Sequence record: NC_048053.1
Length of the DNA stretch: 64,000 bases
Strand: one strand, 5' to 3'
Shown here: one piece after another, positions 35,362 through 44,431 of the stretch
Layout: each line of letters begins with the position of its first letter
How positions within the stretch are numbered: position 1 is the stretch's first letter
The notes under the pieces: generated by a model
Seen by the model: the letters and a program-made list of their open reading frames with translations, nothing else
Told to the model about the DNA's origin: nothing
Databases searched by the model: none
Translations under genes and position numbers: made by a program

Positions 35362-35671
35362 AGGAATTAATCGTGCTCCTGAGCCTGCGAAGTTTGAAGA
35401 ACTGATTTATGGCGATGTTGATAATGCGTTTCGCCGTCTGACCAGTTTACTCGTGCGTGTATCTAAAAGGGAGAAACTGCATAGCATGACAGGCTTCATT
35501 TATTCCCGCGAAACGCTAAAAGGCACTCCTGCTCATTTGGTAACGTCGAAATTTACAGGAGACAATCAGCGTGTGATGCTGGATAAGGACGAGGGAATGT
35601 CTAAACTCCATTTCACAATAACGGCTAAACCAGACGGAACGATTACCTCGCATGTTGATCACTGGATTTAG
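35348..35671 (+). CDS. Hypothetical protein
   Basis: ATG 35348 after GAGG. Confidence 0.65.
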   Translation: MIASKGINRAPEPAKFEELIYGDVDNAFRRLTSLLVRVSKREKLHSMTGFIYSRETLKGTPAHLVTSKFTGDNQRVMLDKDEGMSKLHFTITAKPDGTITSHVDHWI

Positions 35672-36032
35672 ACGAACCGAAGTTGTGAGCATGAGGAACG
35701 GCAATACCAACTTCGATATTCGAATAGATCGTCAAAGTAAGTGGGGGAATCGTCATTACATGAATGACGATTCCCCTGCTGAAAGAGATCGAGTGTGTGA
35801 TGAACACGAAAAGGAATTGTGGGAAAAGATTCACGCCGGGGATATTTCTCTGAGTGAATTAGAAGAACTCTACGGAAAAAGATTAGGCTGTTGGTGTAAA
35901 CCTAAACGCTGTCACGGCGATGCGTTAGCTGAGGCTGCGGAATGGGCGCACCGATTAATGGTTATTCTGAGGCGACTTAGAAGGAAAAAGAATGCCAAAC
36001 GCAAGCGTATTAAAAAACAGAAAGTGTTGTAA
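35652..36032 (+). CDS. DUF4326 family protein
   Basis: IDRQSKWGN..LYGKRLGCWCKPKRCHGDAL; start uncertain. Confidence 0.85.
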   Translation: MLITGFRRTEVVSMRNGNTNFDIRIDRQSKWGNRHYMNDDSPAERDRVCDEHEKELWEKIHAGDISLSELEELYGKRLGCWCKPKRCHGDALAEAAEWAHRLMVILRRLRRKKNAKRKRIKKQKVL

Positions 36033-36207
36033 GTGTGGATGGCCTGTTGTATTTCTTCTATGCAACAAAGAGCTTATGACTACACCACCTTACAGCAATT
36101 TTGATTATTGGGAATACTGCGCCAACAAAACGTGCGAACATCACGAAGGGCAAGGTATTTATAGCGCTACAGGCAACGCTGATTTTGTTGAGGTAGAAAA
36201 TGACTAA
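35992..36207 (+). CDS. Small Zn-binding protein
   Basis: CCKC..YCANKTCEHH. Confidence 0.65.
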   Translation: MPNASVLKNRKCCKCGWPVVFLLCNKELMTTPPYSNFDYWEYCANKTCEHHEGQGIYSATGNADFVEVEND

Positions 36208-36445
36208 GAAGGCTCAACGCGAAATTAAAAGTATTACAGTACGTCCGGATAAAGAAATCACGGACGCATTCAATGAACTTTGCCGCGAAGTTGGTATTCC
36301 TCCTGCAACGTACATTCGCCGCTTCATGGAAAATTGTACGCGTGAAAATCGTCTTCCTATTGAGCACCTGCCTCAAGATATCGTTGACCGTATGCGCCGC
36401 GCCGTAACTGAGCATGACCGACTGAAATTTATCTTGGGAGAATAA
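36200..36445 (+). CDS. RelB/DinJ-like ribbon-helix-helix protein
   Basis: ITVRPDKEI..LCREVGIPPATYIRRFM..ENRLPIE matches RelB/DinJ pattern. Confidence 0.7.
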   Translation: MTKKAQREIKSITVRPDKEITDAFNELCREVGIPPATYIRRFMENCTRENRLPIEHLPQDIVDRMRRAVTEHDRLKFILGE

Positions 36446-36454
36446 CTGTAAACA
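36446..36454 (+). promoter_or_regulatory. Variant motif CTGTAAACA (candidate promoter)
   Basis: Directly after a stop codon, 28 nt upstream of next ATG, one mismatch to CTGTAAATA. Confidence 0.45.
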
Positions 36455-36482
36455 ATAAGTATCTCATAAAAGGAAGCAAAGA

Positions 36483-37067
36483 ATGAATCTGAATCCGGAA
36501 GAAAGCCGTCTGTATAGTGAAGCTGTTATTTTAGCGTGTCGCGCACATCACGGACAGTTTCGCAAATATACAGGCGAACCTTATGTGCTGCATCCAATCG
36601 AAGTAGCAGAAATTCTTCGCCGCCATGACAGAGACATTAAAGTTATTTGCGGCGGAGTGTTACATGATGTTGTTGAGGACACCGAAATCACAAGCGCAGT
36701 TATTCAAACAATGTTCGGAGAGGAAATCTCAAACATCGTTGAAGGCGTTACCAATGTTTCGGAAGATAAAAGTCTTCCTCGCCATGTTCGCTTTTGGCGT
36801 AACGTTAAACATCTTGCGCACGCTAGCGAGCAAAGTCAGGATGTTAAATGCGCCGACATTATCAGCAACTGCCGCAACTTTCGTTTAGGCAATGAAAGTT
36901 TCACTGCGCAGTATATGGCAGAGAAAAGTATTGTTATCGAACATCTTTACGAAGCCGATTCCGGTCTGATTATGGAAGCAAAGGATGCAATTGAAAAGAA
37001 TCTGTTTGGCATTCAGGCAGAATTTCAATCGTGTGTTTCTAAACTCTGGAAAAATAAAACGGAGTAG
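36483..37067 (+). CDS. HD-domain (p)ppGpp hydrolase (SAH/Mesh1-like)
   Basis: HHGQFRKYTGEPYVLHP, LHDVVEDT, VKCADIISN. Confidence 0.88.
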   Translation: MNLNPEESRLYSEAVILACRAHHGQFRKYTGEPYVLHPIEVAEILRRHDRDIKVICGGVLHDVVEDTEITSAVIQTMFGEEISNIVEGVTNVSEDKSLPRHVRFWRNVKHLAHASEQSQDVKCADIISNCRNFRLGNESFTAQYMAEKSIVIEHLYEADSGLIMEAKDAIEKNLFGIQAEFQSCVSKLWKNKTE

Positions 37068-37070
37068 CGT

Positions 37071-37466
37071 ATGTTTCAGCGCTTCGGTATCGATCAGCAC
37101 ACAACGCTGCAAAGAATGAAAAAGCGTGCAAGGCGTAACGCTCTCTTTGTTCTGTCTCAAGGCAAAAAGGAATGCGCTCTTTCCGCTTACATCTATTCCC
37201 ACGAAATCGAAGCGAATACATTCGCGCTCGCTTTTGAGGAAATCAAGCCTCAAACACTAAACTCAATTCTGCTGATTGAAGCAGAAGTTCTTAATTTTGT
37301 GCGTAAGAACGATAGAGTGTTCGAAATCGTGGATGGCGTTGAAATTCAAATGGGAAAATTCAATCCTAAAGTTTCGCGCTTCTTGGGATGTAAAGACTTA
37401 CCGCCAAATAACGTGGTATCTCTGGAGAAAACTAATGGAAGGAAAATTGAAGCGGATATTGGATGA
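37071..37466 (+). CDS. Hypothetical protein
   Basis: GGAG SD. Confidence 0.7.
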   Translation: MFQRFGIDQHTTLQRMKKRARRNALFVLSQGKKECALSAYIYSHEIEANTFALAFEEIKPQTLNSILLIEAEVLNFVRKNDRVFEIVDGVEIQMGKFNPKVSRFLGCKDLPPNNVVSLEKTNGRKIEADIG

Positions 37467-37665
37467 GGTTCGAAAGACTCACAATGTCGTTGAGGTTGAT
37501 TGCTTTACCGAAGTGCGTGTTCCTCCTGCCTGCAAAATCTTTTTCATGTGCGGCGGTATCGGACAAAAACATTTCTATGGGAAGGCGTTTCTGAAACAGA
37601 TCGCCAAATATAAAAATCTCGTCGTACATGTGAACGGCGACAACTGTTCATATATAGCGTACTGA
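37435..37665 (+). CDS. Hypothetical protein
   Basis: ATG 37435 after GGAG. Confidence 0.6.
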   Translation: MEGKLKRILDEVRKTHNVVEVDCFTEVRVPPACKIFFMCGGIGQKHFYGKAFLKQIAKYKNLVVHVNGDNCSYIAY

Positions 37666-37672
37666 GGTTATC

Positions 37673-38134
37673 ATGGAAGCAAGACTCGTTTATAATAAGG
37701 TTCGTTCTGGATCTGAGTATGACGGTGCAAATCTCGTTGTTCGCGCATACATGCAGCAAAGTTCGTTTGGCAATCAAGCGTTGCTTTATGCTGATGTTAT
37801 CTACACCGAAAATTGTCGCCGGGTAGTCAAACAATTCACTAATACCAATCCCATTCGACTTGCGGAAGAGGTTGCAGATTTTGCAAATGACCGTATGCTC
37901 TCAAGCGACGTTATTTATTGCAGTAATGATTTACCGGATCACACACGCAGTCAGGCCGATATTGCCAATCGTTTCAAGCTGGCGTTCTGCGCAGAGATAG
38001 AAGCGATCACGGACGAAGACCGACGCATTCGTGAGGCACGCGAAAAAGATAATGAGCGTCATGAAAAAATTCTCGCTCCGTATCGTGATCGTAAAATTGA
38101 AGAGGCGAAGCAGAAAATCTTCGGAAACAAATGA
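37673..38134 (+). CDS. Hypothetical protein
   Basis: GAGGT SD. Confidence 0.75.
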   Translation: MEARLVYNKVRSGSEYDGANLVVRAYMQQSSFGNQALLYADVIYTENCRRVVKQFTNTNPIRLAEEVADFANDRMLSSDVIYCSNDLPDHTRSQADIANRFKLAFCAEIEAITDEDRRIREAREKDNERHEKILAPYRDRKIEEAKQKIFGNK

Positions 38135-38331
38135 CAGACAAAATTGTAGTTATTGGTTTGGCTGGAATGCCTGTAGGGAAAAAACTTCTTGATAGCTTAT
38201 CTCAAGTTGCAGTTATCCCTGTTGAAACGCCACCTTCTTATTTCGATAACCGCCACAATATTCCTAATCCGAAGCGGAATTTTAAATCTGTAAATAGAGT
38301 TCCACAAAGGATAAAACGGGGTAGACGATGA
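38131..38331 (+). CDS. Small protein with basic C-tail
   Basis: ATGA overlaps at both ends. Confidence 0.65.
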   Translation: MTDKIVVIGLAGMPVGKKLLDSLSQVAVIPVETPPSYFDNRHNIPNPKRNFKSVNRVPQRIKRGRR

Positions 38332-38927
38332 TCGGACTTTCACTGGAACAGCGCGTCAAGGATGGCGTGCTTTCTCAAGAAGAATATTATGTTGCTGGCG
38401 TGATGTTGGGATTGGGATTTTTACGCTACGACGAAAATAAAAAGTTTCGCGTGTTGGATATGCTGACCGATCCTATTACGGATGAAGAGAAAGCTATGCA
38501 GCAACGCTATCACGAAAAGGCTTTCGGCGCTGATTGGAAACCTACCGATATCTTTTGGATTGAGGAAGAGAATTCTCCATTAGGTGCGCAGCAAGTTCGC
38601 CATTTGATTTACGTTGTCCAGTGCGAAATCGCTAAAAAGAATTGGATTGAAGATCCGATTGCGAATAATGAAATTTTTCAGCGTGTGGTAAAAATTGAAA
38701 TCGAGTTCTATTCGATTGAATCAGCACGCGAGGAAATTCGAAAGCTGGCAAAACAAATGGAACAGGGCTACGTGGAATCCGCGTTTTCTTATTTCCATGA
38801 GCCAGAAGCATTCCGACCGACCAAAGGCAATTTTGCTTCGATGGATCGCAAACGCATCTACAGGCAAAACCATAATCCGAAACATACGCGCATGTCGCAG
38901 TATAAAAACTATCGGAGAAAAATGTGA
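38328..38927 (+). CDS. Hypothetical protein with basic C-tail
   Basis: 199 aa ORF. Confidence 0.7.
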   Translation: MIGLSLEQRVKDGVLSQEEYYVAGVMLGLGFLRYDENKKFRVLDMLTDPITDEEKAMQQRYHEKAFGADWKPTDIFWIEEENSPLGAQQVRHLIYVVQCEIAKKNWIEDPIANNEIFQRVVKIEIEFYSIESAREEIRKLAKQMEQGYVESAFSYFHEPEAFRPTKGNFASMDRKRIYRQNHNPKHTRMSQYKNYRRKM

Positions 38928-39289
38928 ATATCAAACGTTTCATACAGAGGCACTTTGCTACGTGGTTTTGCGTTGACTATATGATTGTGTTGTCTCCGAA
39001 TAATGTACAGGCAGAAATCACGCGCCACGTTCGAATCGGAACCAAGATTTTCAGTTTCTCGGACAAGAACATTATCGGTCAAATTACGCGCACCCAAGAA
39101 ACTGTAAATTGGATGCGTAAGGGTTCATTCATTTCCGGCAACTCGACGATGGCGAAAGCGCTTACCAAAGAGTATCAAGAATTCTCGCAGTCTTCGCACA
39201 AGAGTTTTAAATCTTATCGCTCTGCGAAACTAGCTCAATCGTTGCTGGATACTCTCAAAATTTCGAAACCAATTATGGAGTCAAAATGA
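38924..39289 (+). CDS. Hypothetical protein
   Basis: GTGA overlap, GGAG SD. Confidence 0.7.
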   Translation: MNIKRFIQRHFATWFCVDYMIVLSPNNVQAEITRHVRIGTKIFSFSDKNIIGQITRTQETVNWMRKGSFISGNSTMAKALTKEYQEFSQSSHKSFKSYRSAKLAQSLLDTLKISKPIMESK

Positions 39290-39996
39290 GTCTGGCAGAT
39301 AAGATCGGCAGTGGCGAAATGGAAGTTGAATATAAAAATCGCGTCACGCGTTTAGCGCAGGCAATGGCGCGAGGCGAACTTCCTATGCCGCGCAGCATAA
39401 TTGACTACAAAAACTTTGTTCATGTTGAAGTCGATTATCAATCGAAAAATATTATTACTGAGAACATGGTTTCTGCGCGTGCTACGATTCCGTTGGGAAA
39501 TGGGCTTATGTGTATCTGCCCACATAACGAAAATCTGAAATCTATCGAAGGTTTCATTTCGTATAGCGATGCAATCGGAAGAGTAGTTGAAAAAGCCGTC
39601 GCATCTGCGGAAACTCTCATTAAAAGTGCGATCAACGAGGCACGCGAAATTTTACGCAGTAGTCTCTATGTGCCTCCGCTGTTCCTGCTGTCAACCGACA
39701 AAAAATCTGTAAAGAATTTATATAGCTGGTTGACCGAAAACACGCAGATCGATGAAGGAACTATCGCCGGGATTATTTCTGTCACTGAAATGAATCCGCT
39801 TGATGTTAGTTATCTACGCGTGTCCGAAGGTAAAGTAGAGCCTATGGACTCAACCGAATTTGCTTTATCGTTAAGCAGTCATTTCAACTTCACGTCTATT
39901 CTGAATTTTGTTTCGTCGCACAAAACAAAAGATATTCCGTGCATGGATGAAGTGATCCAATACCACAAACATGTTTCTATTGCCAAAAGGTACTAA
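39286..39996 (+). CDS. Hypothetical protein
   Basis: ATGA overlap, GGAG SD. Confidence 0.7.
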   Translation: MSLADKIGSGEMEVEYKNRVTRLAQAMARGELPMPRSIIDYKNFVHVEVDYQSKNIITENMVSARATIPLGNGLMCICPHNENLKSIEGFISYSDAIGRVVEKAVASAETLIKSAINEAREILRSSLYVPPLFLLSTDKKSVKNLYSWLTENTQIDEGTIAGIISVTEMNPLDVSYLRVSEGKVEPMDSTEFALSLSSHFNFTSILNFVSSHKTKDIPCMDEVIQYHKHVSIAKRY

Positions 39997-39997
39997 A

Positions 39998-40702
39998 ATG
40001 AAAGAGAAAGGACAAAAAGCTACTCCGGTGCGCGGTTCCGCAAAATCCGCTCCGATTGCCCCCATCACTCCGGCAACTACCGGTTCCCGAACAACTGCGC
40101 CTGCGCGTGTTGTCACCAACAACGAAAACTCTCCGATCCGCGTGCTGGCAAATCTGTCTGAATCGCTCGCAACTTCCTGTGGTGTATTCCACGAAGCAAT
40201 GGCGAAAGTCGGTATGTATTCTCTCGGCGCAGAAGGCATTGCTGATCGCGTTAACGATCTGCTGTCTGCTCAGAATAGCGATGTGCAAAGCTATCAAAAA
40301 GAAGACAACTCCGCTGCTGCAACTATCGTGTATGCAGGACGTATGCTGGCTTTAACTTCTGCGATGTTCGAAGCGATTGTTTACGGCGTGGAAGACAGCA
40401 AAAAGGCATGTGATGGCGAAGAAGATCGCGAAGCACTGGCAACGGATAAAACGTTTGCAGGTCGCCGCCTGTCCGATGCGTATCTTGACGCGTGCTCTAC
40501 CTCCAATACCGCTCGCGATCAACTGGACAGTATTTCGATTTCTATTTTCGGCACCGAAGTAGAGATCGAACGTGCGGCGTCTGCCTGTTCTGACAGCATG
40601 TGTGTTGGCGTTGCCTTCATGCTGGAAGCGATGGTTCGTCGCATGGACAATATGCTGAATGCAGTCAATACGCTGACGTATCGCGTAAACGAAAGCATGT
40701 AA
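39998..40702 (+). CDS. Hypothetical helical-bundle protein
   Basis: Disordered N-terminus, amphipathic helices. Confidence 0.75.
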   Translation: MKEKGQKATPVRGSAKSAPIAPITPATTGSRTTAPARVVTNNENSPIRVLANLSESLATSCGVFHEAMAKVGMYSLGAEGIADRVNDLLSAQNSDVQSYQKEDNSAAATIVYAGRMLALTSAMFEAIVYGVEDSKKACDGEEDREALATDKTFAGRRLSDAYLDACSTSNTARDQLDSISISIFGTEVEIERAASACSDSMCVGVAFMLEAMVRRMDNMLNAVNTLTYRVNESM

Positions 40703-40736
40703 TTCCTTTTCAACATTTAATCAGGAAATATCTACA

Positions 40737-41492
40737 ATGGCAGAACGTGATAAAAATACCGGGCGTTTCCGGAAAAGTGAAGGCAAGAAAGAAGTGCAAC
40801 CGCAAAAAGAAGATGTGCAAGAAACAGAACTTTTCGAAGCACAAACTGAATCGGAATCCCTACCTGATTCTATTTCTATGCAGTCTTCCGCTGTAGGATC
40901 GTTGGCGCAGGATCTCGAACTGCGTTTCTGCAATCTCGGCCTCACAACCAAAACTCCGGTTTACGAGTATTTCAACTGCGAAGATGATTGCGATGAGGAT
41001 GAAGGGCAAGAACTCTCATCCGATGAAGAAAACTATCACTACGCGTTTGCGAACATCGCAAATCGTTTGTCTTCTTCAAATCGCGCCGCTGGCACCAACC
41101 ACCGCGCATTCAACGTTGTCCGTTTCCCGGCAATCAATAGCCTGCTGGCACTGAACTTTGTTCTGAATAGTGCAATGCGTGCATTCGATAACAACAACGG
41201 CGAAGCGATTCGTTCGTTCAGCGAGCGCACTGGTGATGGTTTCGTTGGTTTCGGTGAGAACGAATGTTTCTTCAACGAACTGGCTTCCAACGCACGTCGT
41301 CTCATGAACGAGTTAAGCATCAATCTGCTCGGTCGCGAAACGGTACACATCGATGGCGAAGAGTCGCTCAACTATGAGCGTGTTGAATCGCAAAACCTTC
41401 TGGATCATTTGTCTGGCGTTTCTGGTGTTATGTCAACCATTCTCGCGCACGGCAAATCATTCGAAAAACAGTTAGGCGAACTGCTGGCGTAA
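40737..41492 (+). CDS. Hypothetical acidic helical-bundle protein
   Basis: AGGA SD; last gene of + arm. Confidence 0.75.
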   Translation: MAERDKNTGRFRKSEGKKEVQPQKEDVQETELFEAQTESESLPDSISMQSSAVGSLAQDLELRFCNLGLTTKTPVYEYFNCEDDCDEDEGQELSSDEENYHYAFANIANRLSSSNRAAGTNHRAFNVVRFPAINSLLALNFVLNSAMRAFDNNNGEAIRSFSERTGDGFVGFGENECFFNELASNARRLMNELSINLLGRETVHIDGEESLNYERVESQNLLDHLSGVSGVMSTILAHGKSFEKQLGELLA

Positions 41493-41495
41493 AAT

Positions 41496-41531
41496 AAAAA
41501 GGGGAAGCCGTTTGGCCTCCCCTTTGTTGTT
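41496..41531. terminator. Bidirectional intrinsic terminator between convergent arms
   Basis: AAAAA-GGGGAAGCC-GTTT-GGCCTCCCC-TTTGTTGTTT. Confidence 0.85.
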
Positions 41532-41998
41532 TATAGCGCGACTCCAATTGCAATTAATGCAACCAATCGCGTAATAGTCAGTTGTAGATCCGCTGCTTTC
41601 TGTTCCCTTATTCGCGCATCACGTTCAGCGCTCAAATCTTTCGCAAGAGCGTTCGATCTCAATTCCTCAGACTTCGCCAAATCTAACAGCTTATTCCTTT
41701 CGTCGATTGTTTTATTAAGCACAACAACAAGAGAGTTTACCTCTTCTGTTCTGTTTTTAGCGCCGGAATATAGCTTGATCAAATCAGCCATTCCTTTGTT
41801 ATCCAGTGTTGCCAGCTTTTTACCTTCGAAAACTTTTACTGTTATTTCCGGCTTAGGTGGAACCTCAACCTTCTCCCACGTTAGATTTTCTACGCGGGGA
41901 ATTTGTTGGATGGATGTTTTTTCCTGCTCTGGAATCTTATTAAGATTGACTCCACACCCAACCAACAAAAAAGCAACGAGAAGGATTAACTTCTTCAT
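41531..41998 (-). CDS. Outer-membrane lipoprotein spanin (o-spanin, with hydrophobic C-end)
   Basis: Lipobox LVG-C, coiled coil, overlaps i-spanin candidate by 4 nt. Confidence 0.72.
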   Translation of the reverse strand: MKKLILLVAFLLVGCGVNLNKIPEQEKTSIQQIPRVENLTWEKVEVPPKPEITVKVFEGKKLATLDNKGMADLIKLYSGAKNRTEEVNSLVVVLNKTIDERNKLLDLAKSEELRSNALAKDLSAERDARIREQKAADLQLTITRLVALIAIGVAL

Positions 41999-42276
41999 AG
42001 CTTTTTATATTCCTCCGCTAGATCATCCATATCTTTGTTCTGATCAGCTTGTGCGTCAGGCTTCCTTTCTTCATTCAGCTTCTTAACATCGGTCGCAACT
42101 TCTTCGGCATCTTGCTTTTGTTGATCGATTGCCTTCTCACGAATTTTGTCTTCCGCTTTCTGGAGTTCCGAAATACCGTTGGATGTTTTACTGCGATTGG
42201 GACGAACCAAAAAGATTCCTACCACAATCGCAAGAAATCCAACGAACGCCAGCCAATATTTTTTCAGCTTTTGCAT
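41995..42276 (-). CDS. Inner-membrane spanin (i-spanin)
   Basis: N-terminal TM followed by charged coiled coil. Confidence 0.7.
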   Translation of the reverse strand: MQKLKKYWLAFVGFLAIVVGIFLVRPNRSKTSNGISELQKAEDKIREKAIDQQKQDAEEVATDVKKLNEERKPDAQADQNKDMDDLAEEYKKL

Positions 42277-42283
42277 ACATCAC

Positions 42284-42613
42284 TCACTGATTGTCAGATT
42301 TTGCGTTTGAGTCGTTCGCGTTGTTACGGTTCGATCCGTTGTTGATAAGGTTTTCAGCCATAAACGCAACAGAGAAGAACGTAATGTGATTAGTTTCGCC
42401 AGAACCGATCAGGTTGATGAAAAGGCCAATACTGACGAACACACTCGCTACAGTAGAGAACGGGTTATTCGTCCAGTATTGACGCCAATCTAAACCTTCA
42501 CGTTTTGTCTTTTGAACATAATTGACAAGAACGCCACCTACCCAAGTGCAAACATAGCCGAACAACTGAAACAGATCATAGTGTTTAATTGCTTCTTGCA
42601 CATCAGGTAACAT
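42284..42613 (-). CDS. Probable holin
   Basis: 109 aa, 2-3 TM segments, polar C-tail, upstream of spanins. Confidence 0.6.
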   Translation of the reverse strand: MLPDVQEAIKHYDLFQLFGYVCTWVGGVLVNYVQKTKREGLDWRQYWTNNPFSTVASVFVSIGLFINLIGSGETNHITFFSVAFMAENLINNGSNRNNANDSNAKSDNQ

Positions 42614-42623
42614 GCTTTACCTC

Positions 42624-42863
42624 TTAAAGTTTACTATCGTCGATTTTGCCTTCTTTGAACAACTCCAGTTTACGAGCTTTCCATTTGGCGCTTACGTCAG
42701 TGAAAAATTCGCTTAACTGGTCATCGTCCAGTTGAGAAGGACTACTCACTTCGCGAGCTTCAAGTTCTGCACGAAACAGATTCTGATATTCTTCTTGCAG
42801 CAAAGAAAGATCAGCGCTCAGTGAAGTAAATTCTTTTGCAGCCAATGCCACTACAGTTTTCAT
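42624..42863 (-). CDS. Small acidic hypothetical protein
   Basis: 79 aa ORF, AAGGT SD. Confidence 0.7.
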   Translation of the reverse strand: MKTVVALAAKEFTSLSADLSLLQEEYQNLFRAELEAREVSSPSQLDDDQLSEFFTDVSAKWKARKLELFKEGKIDDSKL

Positions 42864-42880
42864 AAGTGAATACCTTTGGT

Positions 42881-43513
42881 TTACCGGAGTCGTAACCGTA
42901 AATTAGCAATAATAGGACTTTTGCTAAGATCGACCGGAGTTGTTTGGGTAAGCGCCAGATTACCGCCTACCAGTTTAAGATCCGCTGTGCTATCTTCGTC
43001 ACCGACTGTCCCTAACGCAGCGATATAAATTTGGTTGCCGTTGTTCAGTACAGGAATCGTGTCGCTATTGCAAGCAAGATATCCAGAACCATAAGTTACT
43101 GCAAGAGCAAACCACGTTGGTTTTCCTGCGCGATGAATTCTCGCCTGTCTGGTAGCAATAGGATCTGATTCAAAACCATTTGGCGTAGGTGCAGTCATTC
43201 CCGTATCGCCCTGATAGTTAAGATTCAAATCTATTTCATTAACGTCAGAAGCCAGCGAAGAAATAATTCCATAACGCCACCCAACAAAACCCATATACTG
43301 CGATTGGTGCGGAGAAATAACATTATAGAGATTCGCTTGTCGTGGCGCATTGGTCATGCCTGCGGCAAATCGTTGTCGAATAGTTGCGGTGTCCGGCATT
43401 GTGCCGTCGAAAAACATTAATGCGGCAGGCAACGCAGTCATTGAAGAACTACCGCTTTGCTTCTGCGCCCAACGATAAAAAAGAGCGCGGGGAGTTCCGG
43501 GAACAAAACGCAT
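42881..43513 (-). CDS. Virion fibre-family paralog
   Basis: FFDGTMP, GKPTWF, GTVGDEDSTADLKL. Confidence 0.7.
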   Translation of the reverse strand: MRFVPGTPRALFYRWAQKQSGSSSMTALPAALMFFDGTMPDTATIRQRFAAGMTNAPRQANLYNVISPHQSQYMGFVGWRYGIISSLASDVNEIDLNLNYQGDTGMTAPTPNGFESDPIATRQARIHRAGKPTWFALAVTYGSGYLACNSDTIPVLNNGNQIYIAALGTVGDEDSTADLKLVGGNLALTQTTPVDLSKSPIIANLRLRLR

Positions 43514-44421
43514 TAGCTTGCCTCCATTACGCTTGACGGTAAAGCAATTCGTGCAGAATGTATATTAGGAGAAATGCCGTCGCGTGCAACTGTATCGGAA
43601 ATGGTGATATCCGTTCCAACATCGAGAATCAATCCAATATAGTTATTTTTAACACCGTCAACCATATCGCTCGAATAAGACAGATCGCCAGTAGGACGAA
43701 TCAAAACAATTTTATCAATTGTCTCATTAACGAAAGCGTTATCCTTCGGCAATACTTCCCACAAATAAACAAAACCTTTCGCAGCGTTGCTCAGGCCGGT
43801 ATAGCGAATATAACGCGCTTTGAAATTAACGTAACCTGTACGTGCAGTGACTGGAACGTTAGTCCACGTAACCCCATCCAGACTGTAATCAATTTGAATT
43901 GCAGTGTAGTTGGTTGTGTTGTACGCCATCATTGTGAACTTGCGGAAATCAAAATCTGTTCCGTAGTCTGCAATCATCGCGCCCGGTGTTCCTCCAGTGT
44001 AACCACCAGTAGGATAAAATTCATATTCGCGAGTGTTCTGCGGGAAGTATCCGGAATAGTTACGCAGCAATCCCAAAACGTTCGTTCCGTCATATGTTGC
44101 TTGCGTATCTTGCGGATAAATTCGTACAGGGAATGCTTGCACATAAAGCAGATCGTTTTGCGATCCATCCTGATAGAACTTCGCACCATATCCGGGATAA
44201 CGGGAATTGGAATTTCTGTGAGAGAGTGTGACTGTGCTATTAAAGTTTCCTGTAGCCACAAGAGAAACATCTAAGAAGCAACTTGCACGAACGTGTTTTA
44301 AATCTTCTCTGATATCGCCAGTGGGTTCCTTCCCACTGACCATAAACAGCGCTCCACAAATATTGTTTTGCGCGAGAAAATCCATAATACGGTCGCGAAC
44401 AGTTTTCAATTCGACGAGCAT
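43513..44421 (-). CDS. Virion fibre-family paralog with discoidin (F5/8C)-like insert
   Basis: MVSGKEP; YSLDGVTW..KARYIRY. Confidence 0.7.
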   Translation of the reverse strand: MLVELKTVRDRIMDFLAQNNICGALFMVSGKEPTGDIREDLKHVRASCFLDVSLVATGNFNSTVTLSHRNSNSRYPGYGAKFYQDGSQNDLLYVQAFPVRIYPQDTQATYDGTNVLGLLRNYSGYFPQNTREYEFYPTGGYTGGTPGAMIADYGTDFDFRKFTMMAYNTTNYTAIQIDYSLDGVTWTNVPVTARTGYVNFKARYIRYTGLSNAAKGFVYLWEVLPKDNAFVNETIDKIVLIRPTGDLSYSSDMVDGVKNNYIGLILDVGTDITISDTVARDGISPNIHSARIALPSSVMEAS

Positions 44422-44431
44422 ATTATTTTCC

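Noticed and set aside
7361-39110. Partial CTGTAAAT matches inside coding regions (near 7362, 7510, 17131, 39102)
   Set aside because: They lack the final A and the hairpin context and could be chance; not counted as motif sites.
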